Positions 12,645 to 26,279 of a DNA stretch of 64,000 nt are shown piece by piece. The stretch is from assembly GCF_006345805.1 (NCBI RefSeq), contig NC_043008.1:64852001-64916000 (forward strand), written 5' to 3'. How positions within the stretch are numbered: the stretch's first letter is position 1; each line of letters opens with the position of its first letter. Position numbers and translations under genes: made by a program. Source of the stretch: Octopus sinensis (taxonomy: Eukaryota). Under the pieces are notes generated by a model that searched no databases, had not been told where the DNA came from, and worked only from the letters and a program-made list of their open reading frames with translations.

Positions 12645-13004
12645 CTATTTAACAGGCATATGTTTATATGGTTGCTGGTTTTCCAAAAGTACCTCTTAAG
12701 TCATTTACTGCAATACAAAGTGGTGCAAAACGACTGAAATGATATTGTTTACGGAAATACGTTTCTTATGAGCAGAGGAGAATACTACTCAGAACATTGC
12801 ATGTCCACAAGCATTTGAGTTAGAAAAGTAGAATTTTCCTGATTATAAAAATAATGAATATATAGTAATTACGTGAATTTCTAAACAATTTTGGAAGAAA
12901 GGAATATTTTTTCTAGAAAACCCAAATATGTTGTGAGAAAAAATTCATTCCATTTCAGAATGAATCAATATTCTGAGACCTACTAAGGAAAGTAATTCAT
13001 GTAC

Positions 13005-13005
13005 T

Positions 13006-13080
<75 letters not shown>
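13005..13080. repeat. (TAGA)n microsatellite
   Basis: Direct reading. Confidence 0.95.
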
Positions 13081-13089
13081 GAATATAGG

Positions 13090-13235
13090 TTTAAGGTTTG
13101 GTAGATAACCACCAGGCTTTAAAAAAAGAAGTCCCGGAGTTGATTTGTTCGACTAAAACCCTTAAATGAGATGCTCCAGCATGGCCGCAGTCAAATGACT
13201 GAAACAAGTAAAAGAAAAATGAATAAAGAATATTT
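13090..13235 (+). mobile_element. SINE family A, 3' fragment
   Basis: gctccagcatggccgcagtcaaatgactgaaacaagtaaaag tail, identical to the family A 3' end. Confidence 0.75.
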
Positions 13236-14286
13236 ACACTCACACATACATACAAACACATGCATGTATGTATTGTACGTATACATACGAATCTACGTAC
13301 AGTTAAAGAGCTAACAGTCCTGAAGGCAATACATGTGTATGCATGCAATAAAATATATCTGTAGTGAATCTCCAGAGTTAGCTATTTTATATTCCATATC
13401 TCACTCTTAATCAATTTGATTAGAAGTGATAACTAGTAATCAAATGTATTTAGCGCTCGGTAGCAAGACGTTTCTGTTCTTCACAACGGAAAAGAAACTC
13501 AGCACACTAAAACAAGCGGTACAATCAACAAGAAGTCTAATTAACAAAGGCCAAATTAACCAACTTTCACGTAGTGCGTAAATGATTTACCATTCTAAAG
13601 TGGTCTACTACCTTAATGAAAGGATAAATATTAAAATAACTTGTGCAGTGTATACTGTCATATTAAACTACATCTTATTAATGCGGGAATGTATGAATGC
13701 AACTGTGTTAATTTAAATTTTACACATATTATAATCAAGCTATGTAAATATAGTAATCAGTAAAGCATCATTAATATTTATATATCAATAAGGTGTAGTA
13801 TTATTTATACAGCATCTTATAATTGAATATCTAATCCATTTTCACCGTAGCAGAGCAAATTTCTTAAAATGTATTCATTTATTCTCTAAAATATTTTCAT
13901 TATGCATGTATGAAATATGTTCTTTGGTAATTAGATATATCCTACTGCGTTTGGTTTCTTTTGGGCAAACCAACACAATTATATGTGTCTGTGTGCACGT
14001 GTATGTACGTATATAATGCATATAGCTTTCATGTTATATAGTTCTCTTCTACTTCCGTTATCTTCCGCTCCTTTACTTGTATCTCTCACTCATTCTGCTT
14101 TTTCAGCATAAATTCAGCTTTCGTCTTACTAAGTTTGAATTAATGTAGACCTTTCCCACCTTGTTTAACAGGCACTGTTTTCAATATGTCTTCCTTTCTA
14201 TCTTCTTCACATTATGTCACTCTCTCTCTCCCTCGCCCTCCTTCTCTCCACCTCTCTCTTTCTCTCTCTCTCAATTCTGTCACTCT

Positions 14287-14340
<54 letters not shown>

Positions 14341-15690
14341 TCAATCTATAAAAAACAATCAATCACTGATTCGGTGTATTAAGCTTCAATCAATCAAACA
14401 TATAATTAATTAAGCTATCTATCAATCAACAAATATTTCTATTCACCGTGCCTCGATTCTATACCCTCTGTCTCTTAGATGCATAATTTAAGCATCTTTC
14501 TCACAAATGTCCTCACGATTAAATAGACCATGTGATGTTTAATGGAATCCCATAATAAAATGAATAACACTATTTCAAATTTAATGCTAAACACTAAAGT
14601 GGTACACAGACATACTTTTATAAAACATTTCAATTTTTTTATGTACATTACGGACTAACGTAAATCTCTGAACCACTTTTTCGAATTGAATTTATTTTTT
14701 ACTGAGTCTGAACTCCATTTTCTTTTATTTCTTTCAATTAATTCCCATTAAAACACACCTATAATGTCGTTAAAACGGGGATAAAGATAAAACTGTTTGA
14801 TGGCCGATCATTTTCATCGATCACTAGAGATATATACTCGAAGCGAAGCATTAAAATAACGTGGCGGCAGACTAGCTAACTAGATGGATTGAAGATCGAA
14901 GAAAATAAATATGTTTTGAAATAATTCCTCTCAACATTATAACTGCGCCTCCTTTCAATGCTTAACTATTCAATATCTAACAACGCATTACATTTAAATT
15001 GCTGTAAATCAAAATTTTCCGCAATACGTGGAAACTTCAAATTTTAACGATCAATTCTCCTTCACAATAATTGTTTCAGATTTCACTCACTTTAACATCC
15101 ACAGTAAATTCTCATTACTTATATTTCATGAATTTTGGTTTTAGATCAATCTATAAAAATATAAAAGGGTCTCTTTTACTATTTTCACTTACGTAGTTTA
15201 CACCCGCATACACACAAATGCACACACACATACATATACTTGCAAATATATATGTATGTATACATATTACACACACACATATACATATAGATATATCTGT
15301 AAGTATATACATATGCAATCTATGTGTAAGAGTCTATATAAGCGTTTGTGCCTGTTAATATGTCTTTATAAGTATACTTATATGTACTATGATATATATA
15401 GATGTATATATACATAAATATATATATTTATGTATGTGTGTGTGTGTGTGTATAAATATACGTATATAATGTGTATGTCTGTGTATACAAGTGTTGCCAA
15501 TGACACAACAGCAGAATAAATGGTTTATTTCAATCAGCAGAAAGGGAATTGGTTGATAATCTTACATTTCTCGTAAAACTGTGCAGTATTATTAGTCAAC
15601 CATTTTGAATCAAGACGAAAAACAACTAACGTTGAGCTTTTAAACGTGTCTGCCGTATGACGAGATTGTGTTTCAGACATTTTACCTCAC

Positions 15691-15720
15691 CTTGTCTCTA
15701 GATTTTGGGCAGAAGAAGAG
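15691..15720 (-). CDS. Putative 30-nt micro-exon (LFFCPKSRDK)
   Basis: Donor AAG|gtgagg, acceptor acatttcatag; symmetric phase 0. Confidence 0.3.
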
Positions 15721-16618
15721 CTATGAAATGTTCTGCGAATCATATATTAGACCTCAAATTCCATACTAGTATTGCTGAGACTTTATTTGTGCGTTATGGA
15801 TGAACTCCGAAACGAGTAGGCGCATATTATATTTTATGTATTTGTATAAGGTTGTAGGAATGAAAGGTTTGTTTGTACGTTGGATAAATATTTAAGTGCC
15901 GTATGCTTTTCTCTGTGAATAAATGTGTGTACGTTGCTGATAACGAAAAATAGAAGCGTGCTCAATACTGAGAATAAGATATAAATAATAACAGTCAGTC
16001 ATTTGGAAACGAATCTTCCCAAAGCTATGTTTCTTGACAGGTAATATACGTCTGAATCTTCAGTCGAACATTTTTAATTAAAATGGCTGACCGAAAAATA
16101 ACGTGAGTTTTAATATACGATGAAACACATAGTTTTAGGCAATTTGTGTTCAGTCACCTAATTAAATATTTATGTATAATGATTTCCAATAGAGCAGCTG
16201 ATAACGCAATGTCTGTGTCCGTTTAGGTTTAAATTATTGTTGTTGTGATGATTAAGTAGTTACTTTTAGGTCACCAGTTTTGGTTCGGCCTTGACTGTTT
16301 TATTCGGAATAATTATTCCATCAATATTTGCTTTCTTTTCGATTTAGGCTTTGCCTTTTACATGCTATGGGATTGAGCGAAGGTTTTTCGGTATTGTTTT
16401 TGCTTCATTCCATGTTAATGTTTATTAGGCTCTTAAACTTACTTGTAATCTACTAATTGGTAATTAGTAACACTCCATTAAGAAAATACTGACGATAGAA
16501 TTAGCTATTAATTACATTATACTGAAATTGTGACTTACCCATACACTTACACCCACATACAAACTCATGCATGTTTAAATACATACATACATACATAGAC
16601 CTATTCAGTAAACATTAC

Positions 16619-16650
16619 ATGCCGGTGAAATTTGCCTATTTCTTGGTAGA
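16619..16650 (-). CDS. Putative 32-nt micro-exon (xYQEIGKFHRH)
   Basis: Strong acceptor ttttttcttaagttttcag, donor gtaatg; phase 1 to 0. Confidence 0.3.
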
Positions 16651-17030
16651 CTGAAAACTTAAGAAAAAACTTGATACATTTTCGACTCTTCTGGGGGTGT
16701 TCCTAAAGATGTCTGCCTCCTTTGAACCATTCCAGAGGAACACGTAACTATTCTGGATATATATATAGAACAATATCTAGTAGCTACAGAGTTAATCGCT
16801 GTACGTCGATCATCTCAACCAGAGGAGAAGTATCATGGAATGTAAAAACCTTCCACATCGTTTGTGCTTCTGAATCTAATTCTTGTCTCCATGGCTGAGA
16901 AGAGGATTTCGAATTTTATTTGACCTCTCCTGTTAATCGTTTCCGTGTTCCATTTTGATTTTCACGATATATGTGTATGTATATATGAATGTATGCATGT
17001 ATGTATATATAATATATATAATATATATAT

Positions 17031-17073
<43 letters not shown>

Positions 17074-17924
17074 AAACATGGTACAGAATCACTGTCGTTC
17101 AACATTGAAGATTCAGTCTTAATTCAACTGAATTATTTGCTTTTCAATTAACTTGGAAATAGCTAAAATTTCGAAACACACACATTACATTAAAAGTAAT
17201 TCTCGAGTAGTCTGCAAGACAAGCTTCTAACGTTTCTCCAGCAACAGGAGCAATTTAGTAGCCAACCGACTATACAGTTGCTGTCTCCTCACATTCACGC
17301 ACAAAGAATAGGTGCACCTGAGACCATTGAATATGACACTTTAAAAATATGCTATTCAGTGCGATCAAATCTTAATCTTGCGTACGTAACTTCTTAATCT
17401 TCTGTCTGTACTGTGATTTCACATATACGCATATATCTACACATACATATATATATATACATACCAAAAGTACATAGATAGACATATGCGCATAGCATAG
17501 AGAGATAGATGGTTAGCTAGACAGAATGAAAGACAAACAAACAGATAGATATCATAAAGTGAATAGAAATTTATATATCTTCAAAATTTACGTATTAACG
17601 TATTCGCATCAAATTCCAATCCGACGCGAGTTTCTGCTGCATAACTTTCTCTGATGTCTTTCGATGTAGCAGTTAAGTGTATTTAACTGATTTAAATTAG
17701 GTCAGTCGCAGTATATATTCATGCAAAGTTAGATTCCCATACAGCTTTGTTCAAGGTGTTATCCGTAGGAGAGTGAAGTAAACGGAAAATGCGAGTATTA
17801 GATATGCATTCTTAAAATATATTTTAGGTGAAGAACCACAGAATATAAACGCACAGGAGAGATGTGAAATACGATCTGCCTAAAATTTTCGTCTCACTCA
17901 AAATTAATTAATTGTTCTTGTGTG

Positions 17925-17959
<35 letters not shown>

Positions 17960-18691
17960 ATGTGTGTGTATGTGTGTGTGCGTGTGTGCGTGTGCGCGCG
18001 CAGGCGTGCGGGTAGGCGTTTGTGTGTGTGCACGCGGGCGGGCGCATTATACCGTATCTGAAATAATACCACCTATAAGTGATTTTTTGGAATGTGTCTG
18101 GGTGTCAGGAATTCAGACTTTTGAAGAAGAATGTATTTAGAGATTGTTTGAAAACTATATTATAAATCTTTTACTTTCTAATTACTTCGGCAATACAATA
18201 AATCTGAAAGTGACGCACTGTTTTCACTTATCTTAATTCAGCAGAAGATTTTTCATATTTTCCTAATGTTTTAACTTCACCACTTTTATATTCTTATTAC
18301 GATAACTTCAAACAGTGATTTTTAGTAGCACACAATCCGGTCGCATTTTTTCTTTGTATATTTGATACATAAGATAATCAACACGTTCAGTAATCATCAG
18401 TTTATTTGTCCAGTCGTTCCCTATAATTTTTATCCTTCTAATTATTAAACTTTAGATATAGCGTTCTCTTTGTTATGACAATAAATACAGGGGAAGTAAC
18501 TATTTCCTTGCATCGTGACGGATTAGAAATCTGAATTTGAAATGAATGCAAACCCTTATTATTCTAGCACAGTAGCGATGTTCAGTCATTACTCACGCTG
18601 TCGATTTTGGTACCACTACTCTAGTCCATTGCAATACTTCTTTCATAAAATTATTTACTCGCTTTATTTTGTTATCTGTTTCGTTCAACAT

Positions 18692-19104
18692 ATTTGTTTT
18701 TTTTCTTTTACTTGTTTCAGTCATTTGACTGCGGCCATGCTGGAGCACCGCCTTTAGTCGAGCAAATCGACCCCGGGACTTATTCTTTGTAAGCCCAGTA
18801 CTTATTCTATCGGTCTCTTTTGCCGAACCGCTAAGTGACGGGGACGTAAACACACCAGCATCGGTTGTCAAGCAATGCTAGGGGGACAAACACAGACACA
18901 CAAACACACACACATATATATATATATATACACATATATACGACAGGCTTCTTTCAGTTTCCGTCTACCAAATCCACTCACAAGGCATTGGTCGGCCCGG
19001 GGCTATAGCAGAAGACACTTGCCCAAGATGCCACGCAGTGGGACTGAACCCAGAACCATGTGGTTGGTTAGCAAGCTACTTACCACACAGCCACTCCTGC
19101 GCCT
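18692..19104 (-). mobile_element. tRNA-derived SINE family A, full length
   Basis: Head aggcgcaggagtggctgtgtggtaag...gggttcagtcccact, internal (CA)n(TA)n tract, tail ...gactgaaacaagtaaaag. Multiple copies in the window. Confidence 0.9.
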
Positions 19105-20144
19105 ATGTTAGGTTATTTAATCATTCATTTTGTTGCCTTATTTCTTTTATTTCAGCTTGCATGTAAAAATAAGGAATGGTTAAGAACACCAATTTCCAAT
19201 CTCGAAATCAAGGAGTTAGATCCTCAAACTTAGGATATCTGCCAAGTTGAGTGCAGCAGACACTCATATAGAATCCTTTGCTCGTAATTTGGTAGAGAGA
19301 AAATGTACAGAACCTGGCAATACAACGGCCCATTCTTTATCACACACAGCCAGGCGAATTCTGCCTGGTAAAGTAATGCTATTTGCAAATACAGCCAGAG
19401 AGAGAAATAATCATGGAGACACAGGATAGAAGGAGATAGAGTAAATGACGGAGTAGTTATGAGACGATTTATACCATTGAGATATTTGTGTTATTTAATT
19501 TCGTTTTAAGGCAATAAATATTTTTTCTTCTGAAATTTACTATACATTTCATTATTTTGTGTAAGAAATGTTATAAAAATTGATTTTTAACCATAACATG
19601 TATGCCATATTTTCTGGTATCATTTATGGAGGCAAATGTATACTTGAAAAGTTACCCAGTCTATGACAGTTCACATTGTAGCACTTTATATAAACTATGA
19701 TATAGTGGAGAATTTACGCATATTTAAATCAGTTCCTTGTCATTCATCAACTTCCATTTAAAGCATTCAAATGAATAATAATTTTTACCCACTTTCCCTG
19801 CAACCTATTTTTTTCCTGTATGTATCCCCAATCCCATATTTCGTAAACTATCCAAATTTACTCCACCTACGATTTTTTTCAAGAAGCTCCCAACTTTTGT
19901 TCCGATTTTTTTTTCTCTTTACACTTTCTGCCCCCGCATTTCTCTGCAGCATTCTTTTACAAGAATAATTGTTTGTTAAATAGCTATTATGAAGACGAAA
20001 GGCCATGTTTCAAATATGATTCCCTTCGAAATTACTTTTTTTATCTTGAACTCATTGAGATATGCACGCACGTAAAATCACACATATGCCCTCACTAAAA
20101 TACATACACATACTCACAAAGGCACACAAGTTTACGTTGTATGG

Positions 20145-20219
<75 letters not shown>

Positions 20220-20288
20220 TATATATATATACATATATATATATCCATATATATATATATATATATATAATATATATATATATATTAT

Positions 20289-20335
<47 letters not shown>

Positions 20336-20799
20336 ATACAACGTATGTATAGTGCAATAAAAATGACAGACTTTTAAACAGTAAAGGTCTACAGTCAGAT
20401 GTTCAAGAAAGGGAATTTCTTTTCTAACGAACCTATTACGTCTAATTGTATCTATTCAGATACAGAGAAAGAAAGCTGATATATACGCAATCACATCAAT
20501 TTCAAGGCATTCATCAACACCTCAATTTCAATTAAAAAAAGGTATATATATCATTACACACTCTAGCGCACTTAAATTTTAACCTGTTTATATATATGTG
20601 TGTGTGTATGTATGCATGTATGCATGTATGTATGTATGAGTATATACACACATACATACATCTATTAATCTTTTATTTTCTTATACGTTTTAGCCCCCAA
20701 GGTTGTGACCCTACTGGAGCACCACCTATCAGTGTGTTTGGGTTTCTTTTCTCTACTGTTTATTATGAAGCAGCGAGTTGGACGGAACTACTCTCTTCC

Positions 20800-20935
20800 T
20801 GTTTCCTGAGTGACGCTGCGATGGACTGGCGTCCTGTCCAGCTGAGGGGGGGGGGACACATACGCCACAGAAACCGGGAAACCGGGCCCATGGGCCTGGC
20901 TAGGCTTGAAAACGGCAACGTTTATCGTTTTACAT
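20800..20935 (+). mobile_element. SINE family C, 3' fragment
   Basis: gctgcgatggactggcgtcctgtccagctg...gaaaccgggaaaccgggcccat...ctggctaggctt, shared with the 23608 and 28856 copies. Confidence 0.75.
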
Positions 20936-22189
20936 TTTTTCGCGCTTTATATGGCTCGTAATATCCATTCTTAAATATTTGGAGAGTTTATTTGCTTGGC
21001 AAGTGTGTATCTGCATGTAGTTATGTAAGTATGTACATACGTATGAGTGTACGTGTGTATTGTGTAATTATGTAAATATGTATGTATTTATCAATCAATC
21101 TATATATCTACCTAAATATCTATCTATCTATCTACGTATTTATGTATGTAGGCAGGCAGGCAGGCAGACAGGTAGATAGGTAGGTAGGTAGGCAGGTAGG
21201 GAGGCAGGTAGGTAATTAGTTAGGTAGGTAAGTAGGTAGGAAGGTAGGAAGGTAAATATGGAGATAGGCAGACAAGCAGGTCTGTAAAGTTGCATACACA
21301 TACACACACACACACATATGTATATATTATATATATGTATATATTTATATGTATATATGTGTGTATACGCACATACACACACATATATATATATATATAT
21401 ATTGATATATTGGTTTGTATGTTTGCATGTACATCTTCATTCAATTTGTATTAATGTGTGCGTATGTGTGTATATGTGTATGTTTGTGTACATATGTATG
21501 TATATTATCGTGCATATCTACTTGCGTATGTATCAATATTGTTGTCTCAATGATATTAGTGTAACACTATCAAAGGTAGATAAAATAAAAAGCTCTCGGT
21601 CAAACGCACATTCGCTAGATGTAAACAGAAAAACAATCTCATATTACAAATGCCATCTTCTCGTGACCAGTTTACAATGAAGCTTCGACAGTTGTGATGT
21701 CTTTGATGAACATTCTGCCCGTAGCTAAGTCAACGAATGAGTATGAAAGTCCAATATGTTTATAGAGATATCTTTCTGCTAGAATCGAGTTTCATCTTTA
21801 TGTTTCGTTTATCTTTCCTGCTGAATTGATAACCTCCCCACTCACGCAAGCCATATATAGACAAAAGTTCACATACGCATGTACATAGATGCACACACAT
21901 ACACACACAGAGGCGCGTGCAAACACACATATACACATATTCACACAGACGCGCACCTGATCATGCAACCACACATATATTCCCGTACAGACACTTACAC
22001 GAACACTCACAAGAACAAAAACATACACACATATACAAACACACACACACACACACACACATTGTGTAATTGCGTGCATTCATCTTTGTATCTGTTGTTT
22101 TACTAATCTCTCTTTTGCGCTTTCTCTGTGTGTATTTATCATTATTATTATTGTCATTATCATTGTCTTTTTCTGTTGCTGTTGTTTTT

Positions 22190-22192
22190 GCA

Positions 22193-22277
<85 letters not shown>

Positions 22278-22331
22278 GTAATAATAATAATAATAATAAT
22301 AACAACAATAATAACAATAATAATAATAATA

Positions 22332-22380
<49 letters not shown>

Positions 22381-22416
22381 ATCTAGACAATATATCAATG
22401 CATGTTTATACATTTC

Positions 22417-22450
<34 letters not shown>

Positions 22451-22685
22451 CATATATGTGTATGTATGTACGTATGTATTTATATATATATATATGCTTA
22501 TGTATATATATATATATATATATAAATGTAGTCATAGTCAAATATATGCCTACATGCATCACCATGAACAACAACAACAAAAACAATAATAATAATAATA
22601 ATAATATAATAATAATAATAATAGTAATAGTAATAGTAATGATGATAATAATAATATCCACAACAATAATAATATTGAAATATTG
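22190..22685. repeat. Compound (TAC)n/(AAT)n/(CA)n/(TA)n microsatellite block
   Basis: Direct reading; source of the poly-T/N/I/L pseudo-ORFs. Confidence 0.95.
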
Positions 22686-23607
22686 CAAAGTGAAAGGGGA
22701 CAAAGGTCTGATTGGTGGATAAAACAAGAGATATAGTTATGCACGCATTGACACAAGCCTCTGTGTGTGTATGTGTGTGTGTGCACGCCTGTGTACGTGT
22801 CTGTCTGTATGTGCGTGTATGTATCTCTCTGTGTACGCGCGTCATTATACATGTATATGCGTATAGAAAGCTAAACATGTACATGGACACGTAAAATCAC
22901 ACATGCATATACGTTCACATATGTACATATACTTATCTCTATATGAGAATGTATACGAGTGTGTTGTACGTGCAGATACTAGCACTAACACGCTATCTAA
23001 AAGAAAGTATTCGGCGGTGGCATTGTTGGTTATTGCGAGTATATATTTTGCATAGACTAAGGTGTTAAATTAGGAAATTCATGAACTCAAGAATATATAG
23101 AATCTTGCTAGTAGGTTGTTATTTCTAACATCCTGTTCTACGGCACAGAGGCTTCTTTAATTGTACGTTAGTCTAACGTAAAGTTTGATGGAAAAAATGT
23201 GTGACATGTACAACCATTTCATTGTTCATCAGATATAAATTCCACTACACTGAGAACCAGTATCCCTTTTGTTAGAAAAAGGTTAATATGTTGGGCATGT
23301 AATGTGTAAAAGAACGATTTCTGTCTCTAACATAATTTTATAGAAAATGGAATTTCACCCCGACCAAATTAAACCATATAATTTAGAAATTTCCAGTAAT
23401 TCTGGTTTTTTTTATTGTATCCGCAGGAGTTAAGAGATATGTTTTATGCGTGTATATTTAATGCTTACGATAATGCAAAAGCGAAATTTCTTAATCAGTA
23501 ACAGATAAACAATGTTCATTTATTCACTAAATATTCTTGCCCTTCGCTAAATATTTATTTGTTGTATCCATGAGGTCTAAATTAAATCCAGTATAGTTAT
23601 TATTAGT

Positions 23608-23866
23608 GGAGTCGCGTGGCTTAGTGGTTAGGGTGTCAGCATCATGATCGTAAGAGTGTGGTTTCGATTCCTGGACTGGGCAACGCGTTGTGCTCTTGAG
23701 CAAAACACTTCATTTCACGTTGCTCCAGTCCACTCAGGTGGCGAAAATGTGTAACGCAGCGATGGACTGGCCTCCCGTCCAGCTGGGGAACACATACGCC
23801 ATAGAAACCGGGAAACTGGGCCCATGAGCCTGGCTAGGCTTTAAAAGGGCGCATTTATTTATTATT
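23608..23866 (+). mobile_element. tRNA-derived SINE family C
   Basis: A box tggcttagtggtt, B box gtttcgattcc, central gcgatggactggcctcccgtccag, A/T-rich tail. Confidence 0.85.
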
Positions 23867-25788
23867 ATATAGTTTTTATTGCTTTTAAGATCAGGAACTC
23901 GTGATTCTATATCAGTGTTTTATTATTCTTGAGACAATAAGAGAAATGTTGCGTAAACCAGCATATACGATTCGCTATATTGCAACTATATTAATCTTAG
24001 TCTTTGCAAACATGCTTTGGAGAATCAACGCCAGAATTAGTGGAATAGATATAATCGTTTAATCTATCCTAGCATGAGTTAAGAAAGATGCATTCATTTC
24101 GCAACCCTTTTTCTCACCAGTGCACCGGAGTGGTAAATCAATATTCTGTAAGATACCAGATTTTGACTCAGGTAAGATATATGCCGAAAGCTGTCTTAGG
24201 CCTTCGATAGAAAGTAGTAATCAATTTAATGCCATATTTTTGTTTCCTTTCCGACCAGTTACCAGCAAATATATACTTCTAGTTTTGTATCTTCAAATAT
24301 AAACCCTTTGCAAGCAAATCTAATTAGAATGTTACCAGTCATGAAACAATTCTCTCATTACTTTCGTAGTTTAGTTCAGCTAGATTATATTCCTTATTCA
24401 GATACTGAAACTTTGCTTTACTAAGTAAGTTCTCTGTAGATATCCACTTTAATCTTGTGTTAAGACAGCGGAAATTTCTTGCTTCAAATCTGTTTCTCTT
24501 TCTCCCACATGTATTGGCTAAATTTCGAAATCGTATATTTTCTCGACAGACTTTAAAATATTAGTGTGATGTTCTGAACTAAATCTGGTTTTATACTGAA
24601 ACCCTGATAGGATGTTCTTATTGGGAATATCTGGTGGAGGGCATTGATTATTTTCGCTCGTTTGCATTCAATTTCTTTGTTAGAAATTAGAAACTACAGT
24701 ACCCATTCAGTCTCGGAGCAATTCTAATTTCCCTTTTACCTCTTAAAATCTCTCTAAAAATCGATGAACGAAACCATTCATCTGAAGAGAAAAATTATAG
24801 ACATATTGTTTTGAAAGGGAGACCGCTCCACTCCCAGATAGGTACTATCAGGTATATCCGCTCTCAGAAGGTGTTAGATGATCAACTACAAGACTAAGGA
24901 TTTCTATATAGAAATAAGGCTTCATAGACTCCATTACAAAACCTCCCCCATTTGCAAATTCATAGATCATTGTAAATTTTTAGAATGATTTATACTTTAC
25001 AATTTCTTTAACTAAGATAATTATAATGATGTTAATTGAACCTAATAAAGCAAATTCAAAGTAGTTCAGTATATTAGGTACAAACAATCAATCCTGAAAT
25101 GCTCGCTATTATTGACTTTCTAGTCTTCCTTGTCACTTTCAATTCTATAAAGCTAGAGAAATTGATGCCAATAATAGTTTCCTTTAATTTGAAAATGGGG
25201 TGATTGACCACACATTTAAAAAGTGAAGGCGTTAATGTGATAATTTCTAAAGCTTTCAACAGTTATTAAAATAAATCTCTCCAGTCACATATCTCCTAAA
25301 TAACAAATCACTTTGAGCAGTGTCAGAAGTAGATTCTATGGAGAAATCTAAGGTGACAAACGTGGCGTCGTCTTTTCTTTACTAACTATGCCAAAGAATA
25401 AACTTAAGCAACACTTAATAATTTCTCTACTCCCCTTATATAATTAATGGTAGATATTTCCAACTATTTATTAAGAGCGTACATTGGCTATCTTATTCAT
25501 CTTATATTGATAATTAACAGGCATATTATAGACAGTTGTTTCCAGTGCATAATTTAAACATGTACCTAGACGTTTTAGTAAATTAAATACTTGAAATTAA
25601 ACAACAGTGTACAATAATCAGAAATTAATTCCATTCATCAGCGATTGGTTGGATTTTGTAAAGCCCATTTATATGGATAGATGTATGATTTATTTTAAGG
25701 GTGGGAGGTTGTTACCAATTTGATAATGTTTAAAATATAAACGTAATTACAATCACAAAGACAATAAGCGGGCTACAGTAAACCTTAC

Positions 25789-25829
25789 CAAGATAATCAC
25801 AGCCAGGTTTTATACAGTAATAGATTTTT
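25789..25829 (-). CDS. Possible upstream exon of the minus-strand gene (KIYYCIKPGCDYL)
   Basis: Donor gtaagg, moderate acceptor. Ends in phase 1, and joining it to 16619-16650 gives a C-x4-C...H-x3-C pattern. Competing candidate exons exist. Confidence 0.2.
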
Positions 25830-26279
25830 CTACGATGAGTTGTTGGGATAGCATTTGGGTGCGAATGCATTATATAATCATTGTATAGATGGTTGTGTTT
25901 TGGTTAGATTTAATTATTGGCGAAATATTTTAGATTGAGTAAGAAATCGATCAGGTATCACAAGCTGTCAGCTAACCCTTATGTTGCAAGACAGGTAGCG
26001 TCAGGGTTTTGAAGTCATTTGTTTTAATTTCGAAAAGAAAGGCTGTATTTAAAGACAAATTGGTACAAATAATTTGGAGAACCGTTTTATTACATCTGTT
26101 CAATGAAACATCAGAGTTCTGCTTCAATGCAGATCTATCGAAAATTTTAACATGCCCAAATCATACGATCTTTATCAGTTTGGGATAAAGTGCTAGTTAT
26201 GGCAGACTTGAGAGCGTGTATAATATTATGGTGGTGATTATTGAGCTCTCTCTCTCTCTCGACAACGCCCTAAATATTA

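Noticed and set aside
12575-12690. SH2-like resemblance of NGFYV...CLNY in the candidate protein
   Set aside because: Only a few residues match and there is no FLVR motif; not supportable.
20596-20961. 121-aa ORF
   Set aside because: Spans a microsatellite and a SINE-C fragment.
23427-23501. Plus-strand acceptor followed by ELRDMFYACIFNAYDNAKAKFLNQ*
   Set aside because: Protein-like, but its phase does not fit the next candidate exon and it has no supporting partner; may be chance.
24200-25350. Possible L1-like RT relic on the minus strand (similar impressions at 52480-53760, 61760-62830 and 63200-64000)
   Set aside because: The texture suggests old retroelement DNA, but I could not read diagnostic motifs; needs an HMM or RepeatMasker search.
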